NCBI GenBank assembly: GCA_905478415.1
Contig: CAJQIG010000001.1
Span: 245,892 to 309,891, forward strand
Length of the DNA stretch: 64,000 nucleotides
Source of the DNA: an uncultured Patescibacteria group bacterium
Lineage (GTDB): Bacteria > Patescibacteriota > Microgenomatia > UBA1400 > PJMF01
Direction: 5' to 3'
Every line of letters starts with the position of its first letter. The first letter of the stretch is position 1. Under the pieces are notes generated by a model. The model made no database searches. It saw nothing but the letters and a program-made list of their open reading frames with translations, and was not told the origin of the DNA. This document shows positions 9,528 through 20,239 of this stretch, in pieces. Made by a program: the position numbers and the translations under genes.

Positions 9528-11047
9528 CCTAAAGCGACACCCTGTGTATTAAAGTTGAATATTGACTTATACATAGGGTTTATTTCAGGGTTCAATGTAC
9601 CGTTAAAGTCATACGTGATTCCATTTGGGAAGATTGAACCAATTAGGGCCTTTATCTGAGGCACTGTAGATCTTTTATAGGTAGCTCCTAAATCACCCAA
9701 TGTCTCTTTTATAAAATCTGAGAGCTTGTGAATGTCATATTTTTCAAGTGTTGAGTTTGATTTAGCAACGTGTGCCTTTTGAAGGTTCTTTTCAATCAAG
9801 GCGTTTTGCTCCATAAATATTTCATCCGTATAAACTCCCATCATATTTTTTTGTACGAGAACTTTTCTCATATCCTTAAGCCTTTCTATTTCACTATCTG
9901 CTACATTTTTAGCCTTCTTAAAATTTTTTAGTCGTTTCTCATATTCTTCAACTACATATTGTGAAAACAACTCTATACATTCTTTACTTGGAGATATTGT
10001 TTGTAATAATCTAACTACTTCTTCATCGAGTTTTTCTGCTCTAATTGATGCTGTATGGCACTTAGAGGAACATCGGTAGTATGGATAATCCTTACTTCTA
10101 CCTTTACTCCAACCAGCAGTTATTCCTTTTCCACATTCTGCACATTTAATAATTCTCCTTAAAGGAAAAACTTTATTATTTCGAACTCTTTTAATATTAA
10201 CTACAGGTTTGTTTACACATCTACCATCTAAAGCGTTCTGAACTTTGTAAAACTGCTCTAATGAAATCATTGGTCTGTGTTGCCCTTGAACTTCTTCTTT
10301 GTAAGTAGCTGAAGTTAAAACCCCTGCATAAAATTTATTTCTAAGCATTCTCTGAACTGTTGGAACTTTTAACTTTATTTCCTTGCCTTTATATATTGTA
10401 TGTAAACCCATCTCATTCATTATTTTTGTAATTTCAATAAGACTTGTATTTCCAATTGCCATCAAGTCCCACGCATGAATCATCTTGTCCCAACTTTCAG
10501 GATCTTCTATAGGAAATTTATTAGCATCCATTTTGTAACCAAGTGGAGGCTTTCTTGTAATTAAGCCTGATTTAAACCGAGCATACATACCATTTCTAGT
10601 TCTCTCACTACGTACGTCATTATCATGCTGGGCAAAACTTGCCATGATAGTTTCAAGCAAAGTATCAGTGGGAGACGTTCCAGTAGGCTCTGAGGCTGAA
10701 AGAAGCTTAATATCATAACTAATTAGGCTCTTACGTATTGATAGATAATCAGAAGTTTGGCGAGATAATCGATCAAGCCGATAAATGATTACTGACCCGA
10801 GTGTCCTTTTGTTTTTTTTACAATATTGAAGTAATTCAACTAAGACAGGTCTACCTGTAATTGTTTTAGCTGATTTACCTTCTTCTCTAAAGACTTTTAC
10901 AACACGATAGCCTTTTCTTATTGCCTCTTTTCGACATAAGTCTTCTTGAGTATCAAGTGAAAAATTATCTACCTGTTCTTCAGTGGAAACACGAAGATAA
11001 ATAATTGCATCTGTTTTAGTATTGTTGTCTTGATTTTTTCTAGTCAT
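9482..11047 (-). CDS. Large serine recombinase (resolvase + recombinase + Zn ribbon); C-terminus overlaps the tRNA antisense
   Basis: YLRVSTEEQ catalytic Ser, GKSAK, YRLDRLSR, CAECG...YYRC zinc ribbon, coiled coil; ends GDPTQNRTAVTRMRT inside the tRNA. Confidence 0.95.
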   Translation of the reverse strand: MTRKNQDNNTKTDAIIYLRVSTEEQVDNFSLDTQEDLCRKEAIRKGYRVVKVFREEGKSAKTITGRPVLVELLQYCKKNKRTLGSVIIYRLDRLSRQTSDYLSIRKSLISYDIKLLSASEPTGTSPTDTLLETIMASFAQHDNDVRSERTRNGMYARFKSGLITRKPPLGYKMDANKFPIEDPESWDKMIHAWDLMAIGNTSLIEITKIMNEMGLHTIYKGKEIKLKVPTVQRMLRNKFYAGVLTSATYKEEVQGQHRPMISLEQFYKVQNALDGRCVNKPVVNIKRVRNNKVFPLRRIIKCAECGKGITAGWSKGRSKDYPYYRCSSKCHTASIRAEKLDEEVVRLLQTISPSKECIELFSQYVVEEYEKRLKNFKKAKNVADSEIERLKDMRKVLVQKNMMGVYTDEIFMEQNALIEKNLQKAHVAKSNSTLEKYDIHKLSDFIKETLGDLGATYKRSTVPQIKALIGSIFPNGITYDFNGTLNPEINPMYKSIFNFNTQGVALGDPTQNRTAVTRMRT

Positions 11048-11237
11048 AACTGCGTTGATTCAATAATTCATCAATCGTCTTACCTTCAAACATTTCTTTT
11101 TCAAAATCATCTAACCAGCTAGTTGCCAAAAACTTAATTTCAACAACAACATCTTGTAATACTTCTTGAGTAATTGGTGATTTATCACCTATCTGAGTAT
11201 GGGAGTTTTTCTGTAATTCTTCTCTATAATCTTGCAT
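11040..11237 (-). CDS. Small acidic protein translationally coupled to the recombinase (possible directionality factor)
   Basis: Likely start MQDYRE at 11237; stop overlaps the recombinase start. Function is inference. Confidence 0.6.
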   Translation of the reverse strand: MQDYREELQKNSHTQIGDKSPITQEVLQDVVVEIKFLATSWLDDFEKEMFEGKTIDELLNQRSYD

Positions 11238-11373
11238 TTTCAACCTTATTTCAACTATCCATATACGGTTAGTATATATACTAATACGGATAGTTGTCAA
11301 GGGTAATTTATTGCTAAATACCAGAGGTTAGGGTATACTCCAACTCAATTAGTCTGCCCAAAGAAAAAAGGGT

Positions 11374-13965
11374 ATGTCTATTGATTTAACCTCAATACAA
11401 TTAAAACTTCCTACCAAATACATTCCATCAGTTAATTGGTCTCTCATCTTATCGTTTTTAGTTCCCACCTTTTTAATATTATTTTTTATAGTAATTATTT
11501 TCCTTTCTATCAGGTCATACTTAATCTACCAAGTAATAAAATCTCCTCACACACTCCTAGAAATAAAACCTCCTAAAGAAACAGAGCAAAGTCCATACTC
11601 AACTCAACAACTTTTTAATTTATTCCATAGCATTGCTAATCAAAAATCTTTTATTGAGAGGTTATTTAAAATTAAACAGCCACTCTCATTTGAAATAGTA
11701 TCTACAAAAGAAGATGGAATTCGTTATGTAATCCGAGTCAAAAGTGATCTGGCTAGTTTAGTTAAAAACAGCTTAATATCTTATCTCTCAGGAATTGAAG
11801 TTAAAACTACCAGTGAGTATCTTGAATCAGATAATCTCAAGACAACCATTAGTGAACTAAGACTTTCAAATAATTTTGTTCTACCACTCAAAACTCATGA
11901 AACATTAGAAAAGAATGATCCTATTGCTTACCTCACTGGAAACATGACTAAATTAAAACCTAGTGATTTAATGGTTTATCAAGTTATAGTAGCTCCCGTT
12001 AGTAAAAAATCTATTCCAGAGGTTTCTAGAATTTCCAAACTTATTGCTTCTAAAAAAGATTTGAAATCAAACATAAATAAGCAATTTTCACTCTTTGGTT
12101 ACCTACATATTTTTATTGGTTTAGTTTTACAAATAGTACTTCTACCAATTGGCATACTAGTTTTTATTGCCACTGATGGCAAAGAAGGACCACTACTTTC
12201 ATTGCCACTAATAACTGAAAAAATAGGAAACTCTAATCCATATCAAAGTGAAATGGAAAGTCTAATAAAACAAAAACTAGATCAACAATTATTCTCAGTT
12301 TCAATCAGAGTGTTAACTCACTCTAAATCAAAGAAACGACATAAGGGTTTTCTTTCTTCACTAACTTCAATGACAAATACTCAGTATCAATCACTAAAGC
12401 TAATATTCAAGCCAAACATAAAAATAATCAAACAACTTAAGTTCTACTTATTCAGAAATAGATTTATACTCCCACTAAACAAAACCATTCTTTCCTCCTC
12501 AGAGCTTGGAGATCTATATCATTTTCCATTTACCAGAACTACCAAAACAGAAGACATGCAGAAACAATTTAGTAAAGAGCTTCCTGCACCTCTATCACTA
12601 AAGAAAGCTCATAAGTTAGATATTACTTTTGCTAAAAACACTTACGGAGGTGCTATTACAGCAATAGGACTAACTGAAGATGAACGAAGACGGCACATGT
12701 ACATCTTGGGAGCCACAGGAACAGGTAAATCTACCATGCTTCTATCTATGATTAACTCTGACCTTAAAAATAATAAAGGCTTAGCAGTACTTGATCCTCA
12801 TGGAGATTTAATTGAAGAAATTTTAAATATTATTCCAGAAAATAGAATCAAAGATGTTGTTTATTTTAACCCCGATGATATTGCTTATCCTATTGGAATC
12901 AACTTACTGGAATTATCTAAAGGCTTAAGTGATGATGAGGCTCTAAGAGAAAAAGAATTTGTAACTGAAAGTATTATTTCTCTATTTCATAAAGTATATG
13001 GTGAAAAATATTCTGGACCAAGATTAGAGTATATTTTAAGAAATGCTATTCATACAGCTTTTACAGTACCAGGTGCTACCTTATTTACTGTTAACAAACT
13101 TCTTATAAATACCAAGTTTAGAAAGTCAGTTGTTAAAAACTTAGATGATGAAAACTTAAAAGAATTCTGGAAACAAGAGTTTGCAAAAGCAGGTGACTAT
13201 CAAAAAGTTAAAATGATTCTGCCTATCACTAACAAAATTGGTAGGTTCTTATTTTCTCCAACTGCTAAAAGAATTTTAGAACAAGAAAAATCTACTATCG
13301 ACTTTGATGAAATAATGAACGAGGGTAAGATCTTACTTTGCAATTTATCTAAAGGAAAGATTGGAGAAGATAATTCTAAAGTACTTGGTATTGTTATTAT
13401 GGCAAAACTACAGTTAGCTTCTTTAAAACGAGCTAGAATACCTGCAGATAAAAGAAAAGATTTTTATCTCTATGTTGATGAATTTCAAAACTTTGCTACA
13501 GAATCATTTGCTCAAATACTCTCAGAAGCTAGAAAGTATAAGCTTGGTGCTATTCTGGCTCATCAAACAACTTCACAACTAGAAGATAAATCATTAGTTA
13601 ATGTGACATTGGCAAATACTGGTACAGTAATTTGTTTTAGAACTGCTAACCCTGAAGATGAAAAATTAATACTGCCCCAGTTTAGACCATATGTAGAACA
13701 AGGAGAGATTGCTAGTTTACCTTCGTACAGGTTCTACATGAGACTAGGTGCTCTTAATCCTGAAGCTCCTTTCTCTGGGATTACTATGCCTGTGGAAATT
13801 AAACAAAATAAAGAACTTGTTCAAAAGGTTGTTGAGTCTTCTAGAAAGAAATATGCTATTAAGTATGTTGAGCCAACTAAAAATCAAAAGAGTTATAGAT
13901 ATACACCAAATATTAAAAAAAATACTAAACTAAAAGAAAATACTGGATATTCTATATTACCCTAA
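11374..13965 (+). CDS. VirD4/TraG-like type IV coupling ATPase
   Basis: TM segments, RRRHMYILGATGTGKST Walker A, LYVDEFQNF Walker B, SEARKY, AHQ. Confidence 0.85.
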   Translation: MSIDLTSIQLKLPTKYIPSVNWSLILSFLVPTFLILFFIVIIFLSIRSYLIYQVIKSPHTLLEIKPPKETEQSPYSTQQLFNLFHSIANQKSFIERLFKIKQPLSFEIVSTKEDGIRYVIRVKSDLASLVKNSLISYLSGIEVKTTSEYLESDNLKTTISELRLSNNFVLPLKTHETLEKNDPIAYLTGNMTKLKPSDLMVYQVIVAPVSKKSIPEVSRISKLIASKKDLKSNINKQFSLFGYLHIFIGLVLQIVLLPIGILVFIATDGKEGPLLSLPLITEKIGNSNPYQSEMESLIKQKLDQQLFSVSIRVLTHSKSKKRHKGFLSSLTSMTNTQYQSLKLIFKPNIKIIKQLKFYLFRNRFILPLNKTILSSSELGDLYHFPFTRTTKTEDMQKQFSKELPAPLSLKKAHKLDITFAKNTYGGAITAIGLTEDERRRHMYILGATGTGKSTMLLSMINSDLKNNKGLAVLDPHGDLIEEILNIIPENRIKDVVYFNPDDIAYPIGINLLELSKGLSDDEALREKEFVTESIISLFHKVYGEKYSGPRLEYILRNAIHTAFTVPGATLFTVNKLLINTKFRKSVVKNLDDENLKEFWKQEFAKAGDYQKVKMILPITNKIGRFLFSPTAKRILEQEKSTIDFDEIMNEGKILLCNLSKGKIGEDNSKVLGIVIMAKLQLASLKRARIPADKRKDFYLYVDEFQNFATESFAQILSEARKYKLGAILAHQTTSQLEDKSLVNVTLANTGTVICFRTANPEDEKLILPQFRPYVEQGEIASLPSYRFYMRLGALNPEAPFSGITMPVEIKQNKELVQKVVESSRKKYAIKYVEPTKNQKSYRYTPNIKKNTKLKENTGYSILP

Positions 13966-13979
13966 AAAATGTTTAGCTC

Positions 13980-14801
13980 TTAGTCATCACTCAAAGGATT
14001 TTTATATTCAATTCTCAACGTTAACTCATTCATAGCGTAGTGAACAAATTGTTGACCCAATCCAGTGAGTTCATACTGATCTTCATTATCAAATGCTGAT
14101 TTCATTGGTTTTGGTCCAGATCCTCTTGGTCTTCTAGCTGCCTTAGGTTTTGATACAAAATTCCCATAATAATCTGTTTCTCTGTGTTGTCTTACAATGC
14201 CGCCAGTACTTAAATCTCTAAATAACAATTTATACAAATCAGCATCTGCAGAATCTTCCCTTACCTCACCTTTTCCAATTTTTTCCCATATTTGACCTCT
14301 GGTAATTCCATTTGTGTTATAAATAGCACCAATTACCTTAAAATGTAACTCTGAGTAGTCATTGATCCAATCAATAAATAATCTAATAACATCATCACTA
14401 CTTAAATCAGTAGCTACAGCATTTGTTAAAATATTTCTTATTAATTTCCTTTTTTCTTCACTTTCAGCTCCAGACCATTCTCTGAATGTTTTTTTTACTA
14501 GAGATTGATATTCTTTACTCTTAACTCTTTCACTGATTTTTTCGTCTTGCAAATTAAGACGTGCCAATATTTCAATCATCGTTGCTTCTTTTTCCCTAAT
14601 CTCATCTCGAAGCATTTTTATCCAATACTCAAAAAACCTATTGGCTTCATCTTGCTCTTTATCTGACCAAGCACTAGCCATTGCTGAAAATATTCCCCCA
14701 ACGACAGGAACAGCTCCTCCTGTAATTTCTAAAGCTCCACGCGCTACTTTGCCCACCTTATCATTTTTAGGAAGTTCTGTTATTACTTGTTTGTCTGACA
14801 T
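13980..14801 (-). CDS. Hypothetical protein (Abi-alpha-like architecture?)
   Basis: 273-aa ORF opposite to its neighbours; amphipathic N-terminus and winged-helix-like C-terminus (YELTGLGQQF). Confidence 0.55.
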   Translation of the reverse strand: MSDKQVITELPKNDKVGKVARGALEITGGAVPVVGGIFSAMASAWSDKEQDEANRFFEYWIKMLRDEIREKEATMIEILARLNLQDEKISERVKSKEYQSLVKKTFREWSGAESEEKRKLIRNILTNAVATDLSSDDVIRLFIDWINDYSELHFKVIGAIYNTNGITRGQIWEKIGKGEVREDSADADLYKLLFRDLSTGGIVRQHRETDYYGNFVSKPKAARRPRGSGPKPMKSAFDNEDQYELTGLGQQFVHYAMNELTLRIEYKNPLSDD

Positions 14802-14980
14802 ATTTTGTAATTATACAATAGTTTTTTGCCCCAACCAGCTAGGACAATCTAAACTCTAAAAACACCCATACACCAATAAACACAAAAATATTCTTTACCT
14901 CTATTCCCTTATATAATAAGGGGAGGGAATGATACAATAACCTCACAAAAGAAAAACAACCTGCCCATAGACTAATAACT

Positions 14981-15751
14981 ATGGATACTACAATCACTCC
15001 AAAACAACTTGAAATCCTCATACTCATATATCGTTTCCGTTTCCTAAACAGAACTCAAGTACAAACACTCCTTAATCATAAAGACCCCAAACGAATAAAT
15101 ACCTGGCTCAAAGATCTAACTGATAAAAATATCCTCGGTAGAATCTATTCAACAAAGATAAAAGAAAACACCAAGCCAGCGATATATTACCTTGCTACTA
15201 AATCTAGAAAAATATTACTAGAACAACCAAATACTCACGAAAAGACTTTAAACAGAGCCTACAGAGATAAAAATGCCTCTCAGAAACTAATAGAGCACTC
15301 TGTTTTTACAGCTTCAATCTATTTACTACTTAAACAACAAGCCAAAGAAACAGAAACTAAGCTTAACTTTTTTACAAAGACTGATCTAAAAACTCACTAC
15401 TATCTGCCATACAAAAGACCTGATGCTTATATTGCCCTTGAAAAAGATAATCAAATAAAAAGATATTTTCTTGAAATTATTGATGAGGGTACTCCTCGGT
15501 TTATGATTAGGAAAAAAATATCACAGTATATTGAGTACTTTGATGAAGAAATATGGACAAACAGAACTTTACACGATAACCCTTCCTTACTATTCATTTG
15601 CCCAAACCATAACACTAAAGTCTTTCTCTATAAACACATTGCACAAGTCTTGGAGGAAGAGACTTCAGATTTACAATTTTTTTTAAGTCTAAAGTCAGAC
15701 ATTCAAGCCGAGGGTATTACTGCTAATACTTGGAAACTTGTTATGGAATAA
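14981..15751 (+). CDS. Replication-relaxation family protein (putative relaxase)
   Basis: N-terminal wHTH (YRFRFLNRTQV), IYYLA, EHSV, RPDAY...YFLEI PD-(D/E)xK-like core; next to the coupling protein. Confidence 0.75.
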   Translation: MDTTITPKQLEILILIYRFRFLNRTQVQTLLNHKDPKRINTWLKDLTDKNILGRIYSTKIKENTKPAIYYLATKSRKILLEQPNTHEKTLNRAYRDKNASQKLIEHSVFTASIYLLLKQQAKETETKLNFFTKTDLKTHYYLPYKRPDAYIALEKDNQIKRYFLEIIDEGTPRFMIRKKISQYIEYFDEEIWTNRTLHDNPSLLFICPNHNTKVFLYKHIAQVLEEETSDLQFFLSLKSDIQAEGITANTWKLVME

Positions 15752-15758
15752 CATCTCT

Positions 15759-16685
15759 TTACCAAAATTTCCCTAAAACTCTTTGATAAACTCTGTATGG
15801 TTTTGGACCTACTAAAGCTTTACCATTGATAAAGATTGTAGGTGTACCGTAGATTTCTGTAGCACGCACTTGTTCAAATTGGTCATCAACTATTTTTTGA
15901 GTTTCTTCACTAGCTACACATACTTGTAGTTTGTCAATATCAAGTCCCACTTCTACTGCAACTTTATCTACATATTCATTGTTAGCAACATCCTCCTTAC
16001 TTGAAACAAACAATTTGTCGTTGAACAGCCAAAGTTTTTCTGGATCCTGCAGGTTGGCGCAGTAAACGTAGTTGGATATATATGAGGTTTCCTCTTTAAC
16101 AGGGAAATGAATAAAAGTATAGTTAAATTCGTAGTTATCTTGCAATTTTTGTATCAACGGGTAGGCTTTGCGAGTATAGTCACAGTTATAACAACCAATA
16201 AATATTAAGCTATCTTCTGAGTTGACATCCTTGGTGGGGTATTCACTCAAGCTGAGAGCTGTTAAATCTAAGTTACTTTCTGAGGGAGGATTTAAACTAC
16301 AACTATCATCAACTTGAGAAATCTTGTTGTTTTCTCCACTAGGATCAAAGGCGCAAAAACCAGATTCATTCAATCCATTGCAACTGCCATACATATAAAA
16401 ATTATATCCTCCCCTTAACACCCAAAGGCTGCTACTCAAGAGTAGTATAAAGAAAACCCACGATACTATTTCAAAGTGTTTGTTGAGTAGCTTTGCCACA
16501 AACTCAGATCTATTTAATAGTTTGCCAATGATCTTTCCCTTTATCTTTGTATCAAAGCCTGTGTTACAAGGACGCAGTGTCACCCTTCTAAAAACACAGT
16601 CAAAAGCCTCTTTGGCCAGCTGTCTGTGACTAGCACTAAAGATGCCTAAAATAGAAAATACGATTAAAGCAAGTAGACAAAACAT
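15759..16685 (-). CDS. Membrane-anchored DsbA/thioredoxin-fold protein, Cys-rich
   Basis: CYNCDY, HFP, IYGTPTIFING; N-terminal TMs. Confidence 0.75.
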   Translation of the reverse strand: MFCLLALIVFSILGIFSASHRQLAKEAFDCVFRRVTLRPCNTGFDTKIKGKIIGKLLNRSEFVAKLLNKHFEIVSWVFFILLLSSSLWVLRGGYNFYMYGSCNGLNESGFCAFDPSGENNKISQVDDSCSLNPPSESNLDLTALSLSEYPTKDVNSEDSLIFIGCYNCDYTRKAYPLIQKLQDNYEFNYTFIHFPVKEETSYISNYVYCANLQDPEKLWLFNDKLFVSSKEDVANNEYVDKVAVEVGLDIDKLQVCVASEETQKIVDDQFEQVRATEIYGTPTIFINGKALVGPKPYRVYQRVLGKFW

Positions 16686-16692
16686 AATTGAT

Positions 16693-17907
16693 TCAAGTTA
16701 AAAGCTTAACAGTCCTTTGTAAATTAGTAATAAACATTTCTACTTCCTCAAGAGTATTATAAAAATAAAATGATACTCTAGCTGAAGCTTGGATGTTGTG
16801 AGCATGAAACCAGGAATGAACACAGTGTTGACCAGAACGGATCATAATATTGGACGACTCATCTAAGATGAGAGCGATTTGGTGTGGGTCCACACCTTTA
16901 ACATAAAAAGACACTATCCCACCTCGTAAAGCAGGATCGCTGGGACCAATAATTGTGGTATTAGGCAGTTTTTCAATTTCCTTGGTGACAAACCTATTTA
17001 GTTTTTTCTCTTGCTTGGCTATATTCTCCAACCCGATTTTATCTAAATATTTAACGGCCGCTCCTAATCCAATAATCCCAGCGTAATTTTGTAGCCCCGC
17101 CTCAAACTTTTCTGGCAAAGGTAAAAATTTATGATCTTTGTAAGTGGAGTATTCCACTGTATCGCCACCTACCATAAATGGTTCCAACTCTTCTAAAAGT
17201 TTATATTTGCCATAAAGCACACCCGTACCTGATGGACCCAACATTTTGTGTCCAGAAAAAGCTAAAAAGTCTACATCTAGCTTTCTGACATTTATTTGTT
17301 GATGAGGTATTGCTTGAGCAGCATCTAACAAAACTTTACCACCATGTCTATGGGTAATCTTGATGATCTCTAAAGCGGGAATGGTTACTCCGTCTAAGTT
17401 TGAAGTCAAGACCATGGAAACGAGCTTTACTTTCTCATCTACCATCTCTGTAAAAGCCTCTAAGTCAAAGGTATTATCTTTTTTTGAAGGAACGATCTTG
17501 TGGATAATACCAATTTTTTGAGCTAGTCTCTGCCAAGGAACTAGGTTAGAGTTATGTTCTTTGTCGGTGGTAATAACTACATCGCCTGCTTTTAACCCCA
17601 AAGAGTGAGCAACTAAATTTATCCCCTCGGTGGTGTTTCTGGTAAAGATAATCTCCTCCCTCCTTTTAGCGCCAATAAAATCAGCAACTAGTTTTCTGGC
17701 TTCATCACATTTTTTAGTCACCAGCTCTCCCAGTTTATGCACACTCCGTCCAGCACAGGCCGGATACTCCCGGTAATACTGATTGACAGCCTCAATGACC
17801 GATAAAGGTCGTAGTGTCTGGCAGGCATTGTCAAAATAGACGACAGGCTTACCTTTTATGCCCTTTTGTAATAAAGGAAAATCTTGTTTAAATTTTTGAA
17901 TATCCAT
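16693..17907 (-). CDS. sufS: Cysteine desulfurase, SufS-like (class V PLP)
   Basis: YFDNA, EHNSN, LDAAQ, FSGHKMLGPSG, RSGQHC. Confidence 0.85.
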   Translation of the reverse strand: MDIQKFKQDFPLLQKGIKGKPVVYFDNACQTLRPLSVIEAVNQYYREYPACAGRSVHKLGELVTKKCDEARKLVADFIGAKRREEIIFTRNTTEGINLVAHSLGLKAGDVVITTDKEHNSNLVPWQRLAQKIGIIHKIVPSKKDNTFDLEAFTEMVDEKVKLVSMVLTSNLDGVTIPALEIIKITHRHGGKVLLDAAQAIPHQQINVRKLDVDFLAFSGHKMLGPSGTGVLYGKYKLLEELEPFMVGGDTVEYSTYKDHKFLPLPEKFEAGLQNYAGIIGLGAAVKYLDKIGLENIAKQEKKLNRFVTKEIEKLPNTTIIGPSDPALRGGIVSFYVKGVDPHQIALILDESSNIMIRSGQHCVHSWFHAHNIQASARVSFYFYNTLEEVEMFITNLQRTVKLLT

Positions 17908-17913
17908 AATATT

Positions 17914-19878
17914 TTATCCTTTTTCAAAGTGAAACAGCCTTAAGCTATTCAAAACAACTAAAATAGCCACTCCTGAATCAGCGCCAATAGCATACTCTAG
18001 ATGAGTAAAGCCAAAAATAGCTAAAAGCAGAAAAACCGCCTTTACTCCCAAAGCGGCGGTGATATTTTGCTTAATGGTGGCCATAGTTTTTTTACCCAAA
18101 TTCAAGCTGTAGGGGATATTAAGAAGGTTGTTATTCATAAGGGCAATGTCGGCCGTTTCAATGGCTACATCAGCTCCATCAACACCAATAGCAATACCAA
18201 CAGTCGCTGTTGCCAGTGAAGGAGCGTCGTTGACACCATCACCGACCATAGCCACACTGCCAAACTCTTGTTTCATCTCTTCTATTTTGGTTAGTTTTTC
18301 GTCAGGTAAAAGCGAGGCATAAACCTTGTTTAGTCTTAGAGTTTTGGCAACGAAATCAGCTGCATATTGATTGTCTCCGGTCAGCATGACTGAGCGAATG
18401 CCCAATCTCTTTAATTTTTTAATAGTTTGACTTGCCTGTGGGCGGATCTTATCCGAAATAGCCAAAGCTCCCATGACTTGTTTACCTTCACTAATCAACA
18501 CCACTGTTTTACCTTCCTTCTCCAGACTTTCTGTTTTTTGTAGAATTTCCTTGGTAGAAACACCGTGATCTTCAATAAGTTTTAGATTACCAACACAATG
18601 TTCAATATCACTACAGACTAAGCAAGTGGCCTTACCGCCTTTGCCGGCTACGTTTTGAAAATTATCCATTGCATGTGGAGTGATTCCTTTTTCTTGGACA
18701 AAGTCTAAAATAGCTTTTGCCAAAGGGTGTGAAGAAAACTTTTCAATACCAGCAGCATCAGCTAAAACTTCCTCTTCAGAATAACCATTGAAAGTAACTA
18801 CATCGGAGACATAAGGCTCTCCTAGTGTCAGGGTTCTGGTTTTGTCAAAAGCCACTGCTTTGATTTTACTCAAGGCCTCCAAGAAGCGCCCACCTTTAAT
18901 CAGGACTCCTTTTTTGGACGCGCCACCAATGGCAGAGGCGATAGAAACAGGTGTGGAAATAACTAAAGCGCAAGGACAAGCAATCACTAACAACACCAAG
19001 GCTCGATATAACCAATCGTTAAAATCAGCACCAAAAAATAAAGGAGGGATTATGGTGATCATAATAGCTACCACCACTACAGTAGGAGTATAGTATTTGG
19101 CAAAACGGTCAATAAATTCCTGCGCTGGAGCACGAGAAGCTTGGGCTTGCTCAACTAATTTGACGATTTTAGCAAAAGTGGAATCGCGGCTAACTTTAGT
19201 AACTTTGATTTCCAAATAACCATTCTGATTGAGAGTACTGGCAAAAACTATGTCCCCCTTAAGTTTGTCTTTAGGTACAGATTCACCAGTAATCGTCGCT
19301 TCATCAACAGCTGAAGAACCTTTAATCACCACTCCATCAAGAGGGACTAAGTCACCTGGGCGAACAATCACCACATCATTAACTTTCACTTTTCCAACTG
19401 ATACTTTATTACCATTTTTCAAAATAGCAATTTGAGGAGATTTTTTGACCAAGGCTTCAAGAGCACGCCTGGAGCGTTCAATGCCAAAGTCCTCAAACAT
19501 CTCAGCCAAAGAAAAGAAAAACACAACCGCCGCCGCCTCAGCTAACTGATTGATATAAATAGCACCAAAAGCAGCAACAGTGACTAAAAAATTGATATTT
19601 AAAAACTTTTGACTAAAAAGCCCCTTAAGTGCATCTTTTAGAACAAAGTAGCCACCAGTGACAATAGAAAGATAGTAAAACCAAGTAGCAATATCTTTTT
19701 GCCCAAAAACCCAAACTAAAATCAAACCAATTAAAAAGCTAACTCCAGATGCTGTAGTCAAAACACGCTTATTACCACCAAATAAAGAAAATATCTCTTG
19801 GGATCGAGAAACTTGAGATTGTTTCTTATTCAAATCATCACAGTGATTACAGTTAGTTTTATGTTTTTGTTTTGCCAT
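17914..19878 (-). CDS. cadA: Heavy-metal P1B-2 ATPase (Zn/Cd/Pb)
   Basis: TGES, CPC, DKT(R)T, HP, GDGVNDAP; K and DxG in the C-terminal TMs. Confidence 0.85.
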   Translation of the reverse strand: MAKQKHKTNCNHCDDLNKKQSQVSRSQEIFSLFGGNKRVLTTASGVSFLIGLILVWVFGQKDIATWFYYLSIVTGGYFVLKDALKGLFSQKFLNINFLVTVAAFGAIYINQLAEAAAVVFFFSLAEMFEDFGIERSRRALEALVKKSPQIAILKNGNKVSVGKVKVNDVVIVRPGDLVPLDGVVIKGSSAVDEATITGESVPKDKLKGDIVFASTLNQNGYLEIKVTKVSRDSTFAKIVKLVEQAQASRAPAQEFIDRFAKYYTPTVVVVAIMITIIPPLFFGADFNDWLYRALVLLVIACPCALVISTPVSIASAIGGASKKGVLIKGGRFLEALSKIKAVAFDKTRTLTLGEPYVSDVVTFNGYSEEEVLADAAGIEKFSSHPLAKAILDFVQEKGITPHAMDNFQNVAGKGGKATCLVCSDIEHCVGNLKLIEDHGVSTKEILQKTESLEKEGKTVVLISEGKQVMGALAISDKIRPQASQTIKKLKRLGIRSVMLTGDNQYAADFVAKTLRLNKVYASLLPDEKLTKIEEMKQEFGSVAMVGDGVNDAPSLATATVGIAIGVDGADVAIETADIALMNNNLLNIPYSLNLGKKTMATIKQNITAALGVKAVFLLLAIFGFTHLEYAIGADSGVAILVVLNSLRLFHFEKG

Positions 19879-20224
19879 GTTTTAAGTGTTCTAAGGTTAC
19901 ATTAAAAAGAGTTTCTGTGTGCTGGTCGCTAAGGGAATATAAAATAGTTTTCCCAACTCTTTTGTATTTCACTAAATTCATATCTCTAAGAAGCCTCAGT
20001 TGATGAGAAGTGGCTGATTGACTCAGGCTAATTACTTCGGCTAGATCACACACACAAAGTTCCCCATTCAAAAGTGTACTAAAAATTTTAACTCTGGTGG
20101 GATCAGAAAGAGCTTTAAACACTCCCGCCAAGTCGCTTGCTACTTTTTGATCTACCAATTTACTTTTGGCTTGCTTTACTTTTTTCTTATCAACTACTGT
20201 GATTTCACAAATATCTTTATTCAT
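19859..20224 (-). CDS. ArsR/SmtB (CadC-like) repressor
   Basis: ELCVCDLA, SATSHQLRLL; likely start MNKDICE at 20224. Confidence 0.9.
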   Translation of the reverse strand: MNKDICEITVVDKKKVKQAKSKLVDQKVASDLAGVFKALSDPTRVKIFSTLLNGELCVCDLAEVISLSQSATSHQLRLLRDMNLVKYKRVGKTILYSLSDQHTETLFNVTLEHLKHGKTKT

Positions 20225-20239
20225 AAGAGACAAATAACT

